Shown here piece by piece: positions 1 to 12,582 of a DNA stretch of 64,000 nucleotides; positions within the stretch are counted from its first letter, which is position 1, and every line of letters begins with the position of its first letter. The notes under the pieces are model-generated. The model was not told the origin of the DNA. It worked only from the letters and a program-made list of their open reading frames with translations, and ran no database searches. The DNA is from the human T2T-CHM13v2.0 reference genome, Homo sapiens: NCBI RefSeq assembly GCF_009914755.1, contig NC_060946.1. One strand, given 5' to 3'. Both the position numbers and the translations under genes were made by a program.

Positions 1-950
1 TGAATATTAGTTTTTGAGAAATTAAAAAATACATTTCTTTGTATTTCCAGGTATTGATTTTAATCTTATTAAATGAAATAACCACGTGTCAACCTGGGGG
101 AAAGACTGAGTGAAGACCATCATGATCATCTCAAAACTCAAAGGAATTTGCATCCAGAATGGCTTAACTTTGAAAATAGGTACCTGAGCAAAGAAAAGGG
201 TTAATTCATTTGGTTGTTATAGATTTAGAAGAAAGCTATGGATTTAGAAGAAAACTCACTTGACTACCTAAATAGCTTTATGTCATTTCCAGCTCTCATA
301 TCTCTCTACTTTGGAAGTAGATTTTGAAACCCAGATTCTATTTTGAGGCTTCTCTTGCCAAAGGAATTGTCATGACTCTTCTCTTTACTTCACAGGACCC
401 AACTTTCACACCATTCTAATCTTTTCTAATTCAACTTCCTATGCTTTGTTTTCATCAAGGCAGTTAATCAAATAATAACCATAATCATAGTAATAGTAAT
501 AATTATGACTATAATTAAGTTGTATTTAAATACTAAGTGCTTTGCCTGTATACATTCATTTTATCCTCACAACTATAGGAGGTAGCAACTAGTGTCATAC
601 TGAGGCATAGAAAGGTGAAGTAAGTCACCCAGTTTTAAGTGGCAGAGGAAATTTTCATGCCCACATGGTGTGGCTCAAAGCCTGCACACTGGAACACTAT
701 ACCAGATAGCATGGACTACTAGGCAGGATTAAAGAGAAGTGGCATAATTGTATCACAGTTGGTATACTAAAGGAAAATTTGGTAAGTATTGTTTCTAAGA
801 CGAATACTTTGATTTTGTATAACAGAACAATATAAGTGAAGTAAATATTGTTTAGGAAGGATTTTAAGCTCATATTGATTCAAACTGCCTCACTGGGGAC
901 GTGTGCCTTAAAAACCCTCTTACTCCTTTTTCATCTTAGAGAGAGGTTTC

Positions 951-1167
951 CTTCCCTTTTTTGTGAGACAGTGTCTCACTTTGTCAGTCAGGCTGAGTGC
1001 AGTGGCAGTCATAGCTCACTGTAGCCTCTACCTTCTGAGCTCGAGTGAGCCTCCTGTCTCAGCCTCCTGAGTAGCCACCAGCATAGCTGGGGCTACAGGG
1101 GTGCACCACCGCATCTTATTTTTTGGTAGAGATGGGATTTCAGCATTTTGCCCAGCCTGGTCACTTG
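951..1167 (-). mobile_element. 5'-truncated AluJ-type with TSD
   Basis: Alu right arm plus part of left arm. TSD GAGAGAGGTTTC at 939-950 and 1168-1179. Confidence 0.9.
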
Positions 1168-1569
1168 GAGAGAGGTTTCTAGTCGCATATTCAGTATGTT
1201 ACTTTTCTTTAGATCTTGCTTATTCAATTTTTAATCAAAGGCATGAATAAAGATATAGACTGCAAACAGACGTTGGCTTATTTAATACCAGACTCAAAAA
1301 TAATATGCCTAAGTATATAAAACCAAATGTAGTAGAAACAAGTATCAAGTTTTATTTTAGTTTTATGAAATGTATTTTTTAAGATGTTTAAACTTGAAAC
1401 GCATGTCACAGTGTTATGTAAGTTTTGGTTCATTTGTCTCGCTCTGCTTCTGTATAATAGGTATAAGATGATCTTTCAGAATTCTTAGCAACTGTATAGT
1501 ACTTATCTCCTAGAACTTGTTCAATAATAATTGTTAGATGGATTCATAGACTAAAGAATTAATAGATAT

Positions 1570-3190
1570 AGATTGAAAACTAAAGCATTTTATTTTACAA
1601 AGATCAGAATTAATTTACTAAAATCTAAATTTCTGCTAGTAATATTAAATACATGTGGATAAACTACAAGAATGATAAAAATATTGCATTGTAAGAGTCA
1701 TTAAAAACTTGATATATTGTTAGACAACAACAGTATATTATGATTGTTTTTCAGGCCTCTCATTCCAAGAGAGATTTTAATACAATGCAAAGCATCAAAA
1801 ATAACTTGAAAATATGATGAATGCTGTGAAATTCATGAAACATGAATAAAACCTTAGGATATTCCATGTTTATTTCAGAGAAGATATAAGAAATTGATTT
1901 TTACATACTTAAAGGCTTTCCAAAGCAAGATTAGAAATGTTGAGTTTTTCCAGAGACTTACATATTTCAGAAAAGCCAATTTAATCTCAAACTCTGAAAG
2001 TCATTTTATAAGGTACATTGGTAATCATTGCATCTGCTACTTCACAAGGTTTTGTACTCTTTGAAAGGTGTCGAGCAGATCACCCTTCAAAAATGTTCCA
2101 GTTTTCTACTGAATGAACTGAAAGGCCTCCCAATTCCATATTCAAAAGATTGTGCAATTTCATGATTTGAAAAATTATATAAAGTCCTAGTGAATTAATT
2201 CATTCTGCAGCCAAACCCCCAGGAGTCCTGTCCTCAGGACCTCCCTGAGCCGACTTCCACCGAGGGAGGGGGAGCTTCAGGAGGCAGAGCTTCAGGATGC
2301 CTGCTGTGTTCTGGGGACATCCTTGTCATATCCGGTTTTCAGCTTCTTCTTGAAGATTGTTTCGTATCCTGGCTTCATTTCTCAGAGAAGAGCCGCGAGG
2401 AGATATAACCATCTCCTTTCACATTGGTCTCCTCCCCTCCTGGAAAACAATGAGCTCCTTGTACCTTTTTTTTTTTTTTGGTTGGAGTGTGGTCATCTTG
2501 ATTCTACAAAAGAGGTAGCTCAGGATCGGGATGAAATTTCGGTTTCTTTGAGACCGAAGCTTCTCACATTGTCGAGGTCTTCAGAAAGCCAAAGTGGAAC
2601 CGCCGTGGAAATGATTGACAACCGCCCACATGACCCAGGCAGAGTCGCAGACAGAGGCCCACTAAAGACACGCTGACATGCAAGAGACCGCTTTGTAGCG
2701 CACTGGGCACAGAAACACACACGCTCACGGGCACACACGCACAGAGACAGAGAAAGCCAGAGAAACAGAGAGTGAGTGACAGAGAGAAGAGAGAATGGGA
2801 GACACAGGCACCCAGACATACAGCAGTGGCAGAGAGACACAACCCCCAGGCAATCACTGAGGCTGCGGGTTTCTGCTCTTTGGGAGAATGACCCTCGGGT
2901 GAGACAGTAGTCCTTGGGCACACAGGCAGACCTGTCCTCGAGATCACGGGGGGCACGGCTTTGGGGGAACTCACCCGAACACCGTACGGGCAGGCCTGAG
3001 GCTGGGATGCCGCACTGCTTTCCCCGGACTCCGTCTGCTGTTTCTGCATCCTGGTAGGCCCTGCGTGTAGCATGGTGTCCCGAATCTGTTTTGTCGACCC
3101 CCTGGATTGGTCAGGCTGGAGCCTCGACCCCGACGCACTGCCACGGAGGGCTCCTGCTTTGCCAAGGCTCAGGGAATCGTCCTCAGCCAA
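1570..3190 (-). ncRNA. Putative spliced minus-strand lncRNA starting in the CpG unit (an annotated lincRNA, possibly LINC01665, is recalled near here)
   Basis: Donor CGG|GTGAGT at 2975/2974. CT-rich tract then CAG acceptor at 2675-2673. AATAAA at 1874-1869 and 1594-1589. Transcript ends are inferred. Confidence 0.4.
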
Positions 3191-3480
3191 CCGTTGGAGT
3201 CACCGTCACGGGAGAATGGGCTCGTGCCTCCCGCATGCGCATTGCCCAGGCCGACTCCTGCTTTGCTCTTCAAACTCCGGCTGTGGCCCCTTTAAACAGG
3301 TTCGGCGACACGTGGCGGGGGTTCTGTGGCAGTCGCAGTGGCGGCTGGAGTGGGGATGTAGTAGGGGGCGTTTATGGGACTGGGGGCTTCGGGTCCTCCA
3401 GGGCCGGACCCCCGGGAGTCCTGTTCTCAGAACCTCCTTGAGCCGACTTCTACCGGTGCAGGGGACCCCGCTTCAAGGCG
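2210..3480. repeat. CpG-rich ~1.2-kb unit, probable solitary SST1 (MER22/NBL2-family) macrosatellite monomer
   Basis: Sharp GC/CpG rise within AT-rich DNA. Internal CA/GA-rich tract (2710-2840). 53-bp direct repeat (46/53 identical) at 2210-2262 and 3403-3455, period 1193. Family name rests on recalled resemblance. Confidence 0.6.
3180..3380. promoter_or_regulatory. CpG-island promoter-like motif cluster
   Basis: MYB-type palindrome CCAACCGTTGG 3187-3197, NRF1-like CGCATGCGCA 3232-3241, TTTAAA 3291-3296, E-box CACGTG 3309-3314, GC-box-like 3364-3371. Confidence 0.5.
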
Positions 3481-3502
3481 CCAGCTCGGGTCTCCGGACT
3501 CA

Positions 3503-3750
3503 CAGGCTGGCGTGCATTGTGGTGATCAGAGCTCACTGCAGCCTCAATCTCCCAGGCTGAAGCAATTTTCTTGCCTCAGCCTCCCACGTACCTGGGACTA
3601 CAGGCATGTGCCCCCACACTCAACTACTTTTCTCCAAAAACATTTTTGTACGAATGGGGACTTACTACGTTGCCTGGCTCATGTCAAACACCTGGGCTCA
3701 AACTGTCCTCCTGCGCTGGCCTCCCCAAGTGCTGAGATTACAGGTGTGAG
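3503..3750 (-). mobile_element. AluJ-type lacking its 3' end and A-tail
   Basis: Alu sequence starts at CAGGCTGG directly after the CpG unit, with no poly-T. Confidence 0.85.
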
Positions 3751-4999
3751 CTCGCTCCTGCAGCTAAATTCTTATATCTTAAATTCCTACCTCCCACAAG
3801 AAGCAGATGTTAGTCCCACTTATTTTATAACTTTTTGCTGTTGATGTCTCTTTTTGTCCCTGGACACAGGGATTAGTGACCCACTTTCCACCAAATTTCA
3901 AATCATTAGGGGCATTATGTTGTGTCCCACGAGTGGCTGAGGCTTCAAGCACCTGCTGCTCTAACCTAGGCCTGCTGAGGAGTACAATTCATCTTGTGTT
4001 TCTGTGTTGTTTAACAACCTTCCTGAGCTCCTCTAAGTCAATCCATCCTGCCACAACTGGCAAGAATCAAGAAACTCTCCAAGAAAATGTTTCTCAACCT
4101 GCCTGTTGTCAAGTAGAAGAGGTCTGCTGACCATGGCAGGCATGGCAGTGCATGACAGTGAGCGCCCCCCACCGTGTTTGCTATTCACTGCATGTTCCAC
4201 CTGAACGTTCCCGTCTGCTCAGTGAGTCTTGACAGTGGGGTAAAGGGGACTCACTCTCAAAGACCAAGGCTGACCCTCTCTGAATACAATGCCTTGACCT
4301 AGTTACTGTCACTGTGGTTTTGTCTTCAGGGACTAAAAGATACAATAAGAATTTGTTCCTTTAATTGTCCTGTTGATGCACAAAATACTTAATGCTTCTA
4401 CATAGGTCTGCTCTTGTGCCCCACAGAGCACTAAGGGAAAGTCCCCACAATAAAAGTGCTTTTCACCTGAGCTGCTACGTGTGACAGTAAAGCAGCTGAA
4501 GGTTAAAAAAATCAAAGCTCCCCAAATATGGGTATGACAGCTGGTCCAACCTCACGGTCTGTACTTTCCCTCTGTAACAGCATGGATAAATACAGAGATA
4601 ACTAGCAACTGATACCCTAGTGTGCCAAGCAATCGATGTATCCGTGTGATTAAAAACCAGCATTTAACCATACTCTAGATACACTAAATATCAACCCCAC
4701 ACTCATAGCCTGTAATTCCACTTTGCTTCCAGATGGCAGTTACAATTGGAAAGGAAATACCTAGTTTACAGAAGGCATTAATACTTCATTGTTGCAGAAA
4801 CCAAACCCTTAAAAAAATGTATCCTGGACTTTCTGACCTGGATAATAACAAACAGTGAAAAATATGTATCTAAGAATACACTTGGAACAGAAATGTGAAA
4901 AACCAAAAGTAAGAGATATTATGAAGGATCAAATATAAAATCACCCACTGCTAAAGAGGCAACAAAGAAAATTGTAGAAGAAAATGACAAGAAGCATTA

Positions 5000-5383
5000 T
5001 GCCTTAATGAGTTTGTGCTACTATATAAGAAAATACACTAGGCTGAGTAATTTCTGAAGAAGAGAAATGTATTTCTCACAGTTCCATAGGCTGGAAGTCC
5101 AAGATCCAGGTGCCAGCAGGATTGGTGTCTGGTCAGGGCCTGACCTCTGCATCCAAGATGGTACCTTGTGCACTCTGTCCTCAGGAGGAGATGCACTGTG
5201 CCCTCACATGGCAGAAGGCAGAAGGGCAAAACAGGGGAAGCCCACTCCCTCCAGTCCTTGTGTAAGGACCCTAAACCCATTCGTGAAGATTCTCCCTTCA
5301 TGACTGAATCACTACCTAAGGGCCCTACTTCCTAATCCTATAACACTGTGATTAATTTTAGGGGGACACATTCAGAACATAGC
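5000..5383 (-). mobile_element. MaLR solo LTR (MST/MLT1A-like)
   Basis: atttctcacagttc..ggctggaagtccaagatc..ggtgccagcag and terminal ggggacacattcagaacatagca. Confidence 0.8.
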
Positions 5384-6074
5384 ACTCTATATTCAATTTG
5401 TTAAAATTTATTTTCTTGTTTTGCTTTTCTGTTTTTCAAATGGTTTAAAGTGCACAAAATTTGATTAATCATATTCCTTGGCTCATAGCATACCTTGGCT
5501 CCTGTTTCACCCTTGTCTGTGCCTGGGTCTCTATGTAAATGTATTTGAATAATGTGGTAATCACTTGTGAACCCACAACACAACCCAAGAACTAGGGTTC
5601 TGACCTAACATCTGCTCCTCCTCTGTCCTTTTTCCTGATTTACACCCTTCAGCCCCAGGGTAACTACTACCCTGAATTTATGTTTAGGATTCCCTGCCTT
5701 TAAAAAAACATTGTTTTATTGCATATATATGATTGCCCTAAATGGCATATTATTTAGTTTTTTAAGGGTATAATTTATTTACCCATTCTCCTATTAATTT
5801 ACCCATTCTCCTATCAATGAACATCTGGCTTGTTTCCATATATTTGCTATTATGAATGGCATTACATGAGCATTTTTTTTAATACTTCTGGTACATATGG
5901 GCAAGAGTTTCTCCAGGGCCTATAGTAGAGAAATTACTTTGCCGTAACATATGAGAATGCTCAACTTTATAAGATAATCCAAATTGTTTTCTAAAGTGGT
6001 TGTTCTCATTTAAACACTCACGTCCTGTATTAGTTTGAGATGATCTTGTTGATCCACAGTCTCTCCCTATTTGG

Positions 6075-8404
6075 TGATATGGTTTGGCTGTGTCCACACC
6101 CAAATCCCAGCTTGAATTCTATCTCCCAGAATACCCACATGTTGTGGGAGGGACCCAGGGTGAGGTAATTGAATGATGGAGGCCAGTCTTTCCTGTGCTA
6201 TTCTCGTGACAGTGAATAAGTCTCATGAGATCTGATGGGTTTATCAGGGGTTTCTGCTTTGGCTTCCTCCTCATTTTCTCTTGCTGCTGCCATTTAAGAA
6301 GTGCCTTTCACCTCCTGCCATGACTCTGAGGCCTCCCCCACCATGTGGGACTGCAAATCCAGTTGCAGTTCTTTTTCTTTACATCTCTTTTTCTTCTCAG
6401 ACTTGGGTATGTCTTTATCAGCAGTGTGAAAATGGACTAATACAGTAAATGGATACCAGTGGTGTGGGGTGCTGCTGAAAAGATACCCAAAAATGTAGAA
6501 GTGACTTTGAAACTTGGTAACAGGCAGAAGTTGGAACAGTTTGGAGGGCTCAGAAAAACACTGGAAAAGGTGGGAAATTTTGGAACTTCCTAGAGACTTG
6601 TTGAATGGCTTTGACAAAAATGCTGATAGTGTTTTGAACAATAAGGTCCAGGCTGAGGTGGTCTCAGATGGAGATGAGGAACTTGTTGGGAACTGGGGCA
6701 AAGGTGGCTCTCATTATGTTTTAGCAAAGAGAATGGCAGCATTTTGCCCCTGCCCTAGAGATTTGTGGAACTTTGAACTTGAGAGAGATGATTTAGGTTA
6801 TCTGCTGGAAGAAAATTCTAAGCAGTAAAGCATTCAAGAGGTGACTTGGGTGATGCTAAATGCCTTCAGTTTTGTAAAGGAAGCAGAGCATACAAGTTTG
6901 GAAAATTTGCAGCCTGACAATGTGATAGAAAAGAAAATCCCATTTTCTGAGGATAAATTCAAGCAGTCTGCAGAAATTTGCGTAAGTAACGAGAAGCTGA
7001 ATGTTAATCCCCAAAACAATGGGGAAAATTTCTACAGGACATGTCACAGGTCATCACAGCAGCCCCTCCCATCACACGCCCAGAGGCCTAGGAGGAAAAA
7101 ATGGTTTTCTGGGCTGGGCCCAGGTTGACTGTGCTGTGTGTAGCCTAGGGCCTTGGTTCTCTGTGTTTCAGCCCCTCCAGCCATGGCTGAAAGGGGCCAA
7201 TATAGAACTCAGGCCATGGCCTTGAGAGTGCAAGCACCAAACCTTAGCAGCTTCCACGTGGTGTTGAGCCTGCACATGCATAGAAGTCAGGAATTGAGGT
7301 TTGGAAACCCCCACCTAGATTTCAGAGGATGTATGAAAATACCTGGATGTCCAAGCAGAAGTTTGCTGCAGGGGTGGGGCTCTGATGGAGAACCTCTGCT
7401 AGGGCTGTGCAGAAGGGAAATGTGGGGTTGGAGCCCCTGCACAGAGTCCCTACTGGGGCACTTCCTAGTGGAGCTGTGAGGAGAGGGCCACTCTCCTCCA
7501 GGCCCCAGAATGGTAGATTCACTGATGGCTTGCACTGTGAGCCTGGAAAAGCTGCAGTCACTCAACATCAGCCCATGAAAACAGCCAGGAGGTGGGCTAT
7601 ACCCTGCAAAGCCACAGAGGCAGAACTACCCAAGGTGGTGGGAGCCCACCTCTTGCATCAGCATGATCTTGATGTGAAACATGGAGTCAACGGAGATCAT
7701 TTTGGAGCTTTAAAATTTGACTACCTTGCTGGATTTCAGACTTGCATGGGGCCTGTAACCCCTTTGTTTTGGCCAATTTCTCCCATTTGGAACAGCTGCA
7801 TTTACTCAATTACCTGTACCCCCACTGTATCTAGGAAGTAACTAGCTTGATTTGGATTTTACAGGGTCATAGGCAGAAGAGACTTGCCTTGTCTCAGATG
7901 AGACTTTGGACAGTGGACATTTGGGTTAATGCTGAAATGAGTTAAGACTTTGGGGGACTGTTGGGAAGGCATAATAGGTTTTGAAATGTGAGGACATGAG
8001 GTTTGGAGAGGACATGAGATTTGGAGGGGCCAGGAGTGGAAAAATATGGTTTGACTATGTCCCTACCCACATCTCAACTTGAATTGTATTGCTCAGAATT
8101 CCCACTTGTTCGGGGAGGGAACCAGGGGGAGGTAGTTGAATCTTTGGGGCTGGTCTTTCCAATGCTATTCTTGTGATAGTGGATAAATCTCACAAGATCT
8201 GATGGGATTATTAGGGGTTTCGTCTTTTGCTTCTTTTGCCTCCTTCTCATATTCTCTTGCCACTGCCATGTAAGAAGTGCTGTTCACTGACAGCCATAAC
8301 TCTGAGGCCTCCTCAACCATGTGAAAACCTAAATCCAATTAAGCCTCTTTTTCTTCCCTGTCTCAGGTATGTCTTTATCAGCAGTATGAATGTGGACTAA
8401 TACA
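6075..8404 (+). mobile_element. Full THE1A element: LTR 6075-6444, internal 6445-8041, LTR 8042-8404
   Basis: Two LTRs (tgatatggtttgg...ggactaataca). THE1-int ORF remnant (MVTGRSWNSLEGSE...). 5-bp TSD TTTGG at 6070-6074 and 8405-8409. Inserted into an old L1. Confidence 0.93.
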
Positions 8405-8706
8405 TTTGGTATTGTCAAACTTCTTAATAATTGTGGGGAGAATAGATGTGTAGTATCTTGTGCATTTTCCTGATTACTAATGAGGTTGAGAAATTTTTTT
8501 ACATTTTGCGGGCTTTCTCTTTTGTGAAATCCCTATTGATGTCTTTTCCCAATTTTCTGTTGGGTTGCTATTTTTAAAATTAATTCATAGGAGCTCCTTA
8601 TACTTAGTTGATCTGGTTGTAATCTTTCATAGGTTTTAGGTACTGCAAATATCTTCTAATTTACAGTTTATCTTTTCACTTTGTTACTTTTATTTTTTAA
8701 TTTCTA

Positions 8707-8975
8707 TTTTTTTTTTTTTTTGAGACAGAGTCTAGCTCTGTTATTCAGGCTGGAGTGCCGTGGCTCACTGCAACCTCCACCTCCTGGGTTCAGATGATTC
8801 TCGTGCCTCAGCTTCCCAAGTAGCTGGGATTACAAGTGTCTGCCACTAATGTCAAGCTAATTTCTTGTATTTTTAGTAGAGATGGGGTTTCACCATGTTG
8901 GCCAGCCTGGTCTCAAACTCCTGACCTCAGGTGATGTACTATTGGGATTACAGGCTTGAGACACTGTGCCCAGCC
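8707..8975 (-). mobile_element. AluS-type with small internal deletions
   Basis: Poly-T followed by an Alu dimer. Confidence 0.9.
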
Positions 8976-9352
8976 TATCTTTCCACTTTTTGATGTAAAA
9001 AGTTCTTAATTTTGTGATAGTCAAAATGTCTAATCTTTTTTAATGGTTAAATGGCTTTTTGTGTCTCATTCACTTACATTTTCTACTAAAAGTTTTAAAG
9101 TTTTGTTTCTGACATGTAAGTCTTTGGTCCTCTGGAATTTAATGTTTGTATATAGAGTGAAGCAGGAATATAATTTCATTTTGTTTCCTATATCAATAAC
9201 CATTATTTTTCTATTCTATTTATTGAAAAGTCCTTTCTTTCCTTGTTGATCTGCCATGTCACCTACATCACATATCAAAGATTAAATTTGTGGAGATTTG
9301 TTTGGGAATTCTCTATTCTGTTTCATTAGTCAGTTTATCAGTGAAGACCACT

Positions 9353-9667
9353 ATTTATTTATTTATTTGTAGAGAGAGACAGGGTCTCACTTTGTTGCCC
9401 AGGCTTGAGGACTGATGCAATTGTAGCTCACTGCAGACTTGAACTCCTGGGCTCAAGAACTCCTCCTACCTCAGCCTCCCAAGTAACTGGGACTCTAAGG
9501 CATGCACCACCTCATCCAGCTAATTTAAAAAAAAATTATTATTTTTTGTAATGATGGGGATCTTGCTATGCTGCCCAGGCTGGTCTCAAACTTTTGAGCT
9601 CAAGCAATCCTCCCACCTCAAGCTCCCAAAGTGCTGGGATCACAGGAGTGAGCCACCACACCTGGCT
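9353..9667 (-). mobile_element. AluJ-type
   Basis: Alu dimer with AluJ-type ctcctgggctcaag. Confidence 0.9.
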
Positions 9668-10627
9668 CCATTTTCCATATTTTAAGACCATTTTTTAAAA
9701 GCTGCTCAAGACTGCTTTTTTCTCTTGGTGCTACTTGCAACTCCCTTACTTAGCTTTGGAAATACTCTTAATGAAGAAAATCTAAAGAGTTGAAAAATAA
9801 AATATTATTTCTTTTCTTCCAATTGCAAAAGAGCAGACAGCCTCCTGAATTATAAAGTTAGTTTTGATAAATTGGTGAACTGAGAGCATACACAGTATTA
9901 TTAATTCTGTTCTAATTTCTGCTTCACTGTGGAGTGTCTTCACATAGTCTCAAAAGATTATTGCTATGAAATATTCTTATACATGTAACACATAACCTCT
10001 ATAATTCTGCAGTTGTACTTGGCTGTCTTACCTAATACTCAGTTGCTTTGCTTCATAATATTTAAATTGGCATCTTTATTTTCCAAAATGCATAAATACT
10101 AGTATAGATTTTTAGTTAAGCCAGAAGAAAGTAGACTTTATTTACTAACATAACTTATATGTAAAGGTTTAATAAATCTCCCTGCTTCTTTAGCATCATA
10201 ACAACCACTGAAAATAATATTTCTATAGCAGTTGGGGGTAAATGGGCAATGACTTTTGTGGCCAGAGGTGAATGGCCCAGGGGCTCCTGCACTTCAGGTC
10301 CCACTGAGCCTGCCACACAGCTGAGGGCATCGGTATTTCCACACACCTACAGTGCACGCTGTCCCAGAACACAGATCAAATGCTCTCCTTTATTCAAATG
10401 GGGAGTTGAGAGTATTGTCATTGTAATTAAATTAATAAATACATATTTATACACTGTTAAAATCTGGTTGGATTTGTGTCCCTTCACAAAACAAATTGCT
10501 TAAATGAAACCACAGATTTAACATAAATGAGTACATTTGCTTCTACGAGATGCTCTTTTAAATGGAATTAGAATCTAATTTGAAATGTCAATTAAAAGTT
10601 TAAATATTCAACTCAATTACATTTAGA

Positions 10628-10934
<307 letters not shown>

Positions 10935-11155
10935 TAGATTATTTTACTTTATTTTAGTTACTTATTTTTATGACTTTATTGTTATAAAAATGCTAGCTTT
11001 TTAAAAAAATCAATCAATATAACAAAGAACATAGAAGATGATCAACAAGCATTCCCACCTCCATGATCTGGAAATAACTGTCATTAATCCAAAAGCTTAC
11101 ACATGGTGGATCCCTTCACACCAGTTCCCAGTACAAAGTAACTCCTTGCTTGTAG

Positions 11156-11470
<315 letters not shown>

Positions 11471-11684
11471 AGAAAACACTATTCAATAGCAAACAGTAGC
11501 AGTATGCTTGGCGGTTTTAGGATTGATTATTTTCAAATCTCTAGAAAAGTTCAATGCATTACCTTAGGCTATAATCCCAGGGCAGAGTCTCATCTGTTAG
11601 TAGGGGGCTGGTCTAAGGGTCCTTCCAGCTCTCAGATTAATGGTTTCCCATGTTGAACTGCTCCCTGCCACCCACCCATCCTTG

Positions 11685-11827
11685 GTTTTGTTTGTTTGTT
11701 TGTTTTTACAGAGACAAGGTCTCACTATATTGCCCAGGCTGGTCTTCAGCTCCTGGCCTCAAGCGATCCTCCCGCCTTGGCCTCCCAAAGTGTTGGAGTT
11801 ACAGACGTGAGCCTCTGTGCTCAGCCC
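11685..11827 (-). mobile_element. FLAM/Alu left monomer
   Basis: Single monomer flanked by CATCCTTGG repeats. Confidence 0.85.
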
Positions 11828-12287
11828 ATCCTTGGCTGTTCAAATGTGGAGGTAAATTGTAGATGCCAAGTTTACCTCCAGGTCAGAAGGGGCAGATGCC
11901 CCAGGGCAGAATCATAACCCTAACCAGGCCTCCCACTGCATGAAGCCCTTATTTTCTGAAGCTTAAACCTGGACAAAGGTCTGACCAGTAGCACTGTGTT
12001 CATGAATGTCAGCTCAAAAATTTAAAACTGGGACTATCCAGAAGAACCTGGTAGATGCAGGTGCAGTCTGCAGTCCAATGGTCAGCCATGAAAGAACAGG
12101 CTACCTGTTCTTTCTCTTTACCATGGAGGCCTTGATGTAAAAATCGATGATGCTTTCTTGCTTCTGGTGTGCTTCCCTTTCTTCTTCATTTTCCATAAGT
12201 AGTTTCCTCCATCCCACCTCCCAACAGGCCACAGTCAATTCAGGACATTTTAACCATGAAAATGAGTCTACATAACATGAATTTAGA

Positions 12288-12582
12288 GGCCAGGCAGGGT
12301 GGCTCATGTCTCTGGGAGGCTGAAGTGGGAGAATGGCTTGAGCTTAGGAGTTTGAGACCAGCCTGGGCAACATGGTGAAACCCTGTCTCTAACCAAAAAT
12401 AAATGAATAAAAAAAAATAAGTCATGTATGGTGGTGCATGCTACTAGTCCAGCTACTCAGGAAGCTGAGGTGGGAGGATTGCTTGAGTCAAGGAGGTCAA
12501 GTCTGAAGTGGGCCAAGATCATGCCACTGCAATTCAGCCTGGGCAACAGAGTGAGACCTTACCTCAAGAAAAAAAAAAAAAA
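12288..12582 (+). mobile_element. AluJ-type
   Basis: Alu dimer with A-tail. Confidence 0.9.

Larger units (their letters stand above)
5600..9340 (-). mobile_element. Old L1M(E)-type fragments interrupted by THE1A and Alu
   Basis: Degenerate antisense L1 3' sequence on both sides of THE1A. Confidence 0.65.

Noticed and set aside
2564-3190. 208-aa minus-strand ORF and overlapping ORFs in the CpG unit
   Set aside because: Starts at TTG, reads through a low-complexity CT/GT tract, and high GC explains the lack of stops.
5777-5814. Small tandem duplications (also ~7989-8027, ~22130-22161, ~51024-51046)
   Set aside because: Ordinary slippage duplications inside dead repeats with no functional hint.
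6514-7841. ORFs in THE1A internal region
   Set aside because: Broken MaLR ORF remnants with stops and frameshifts.
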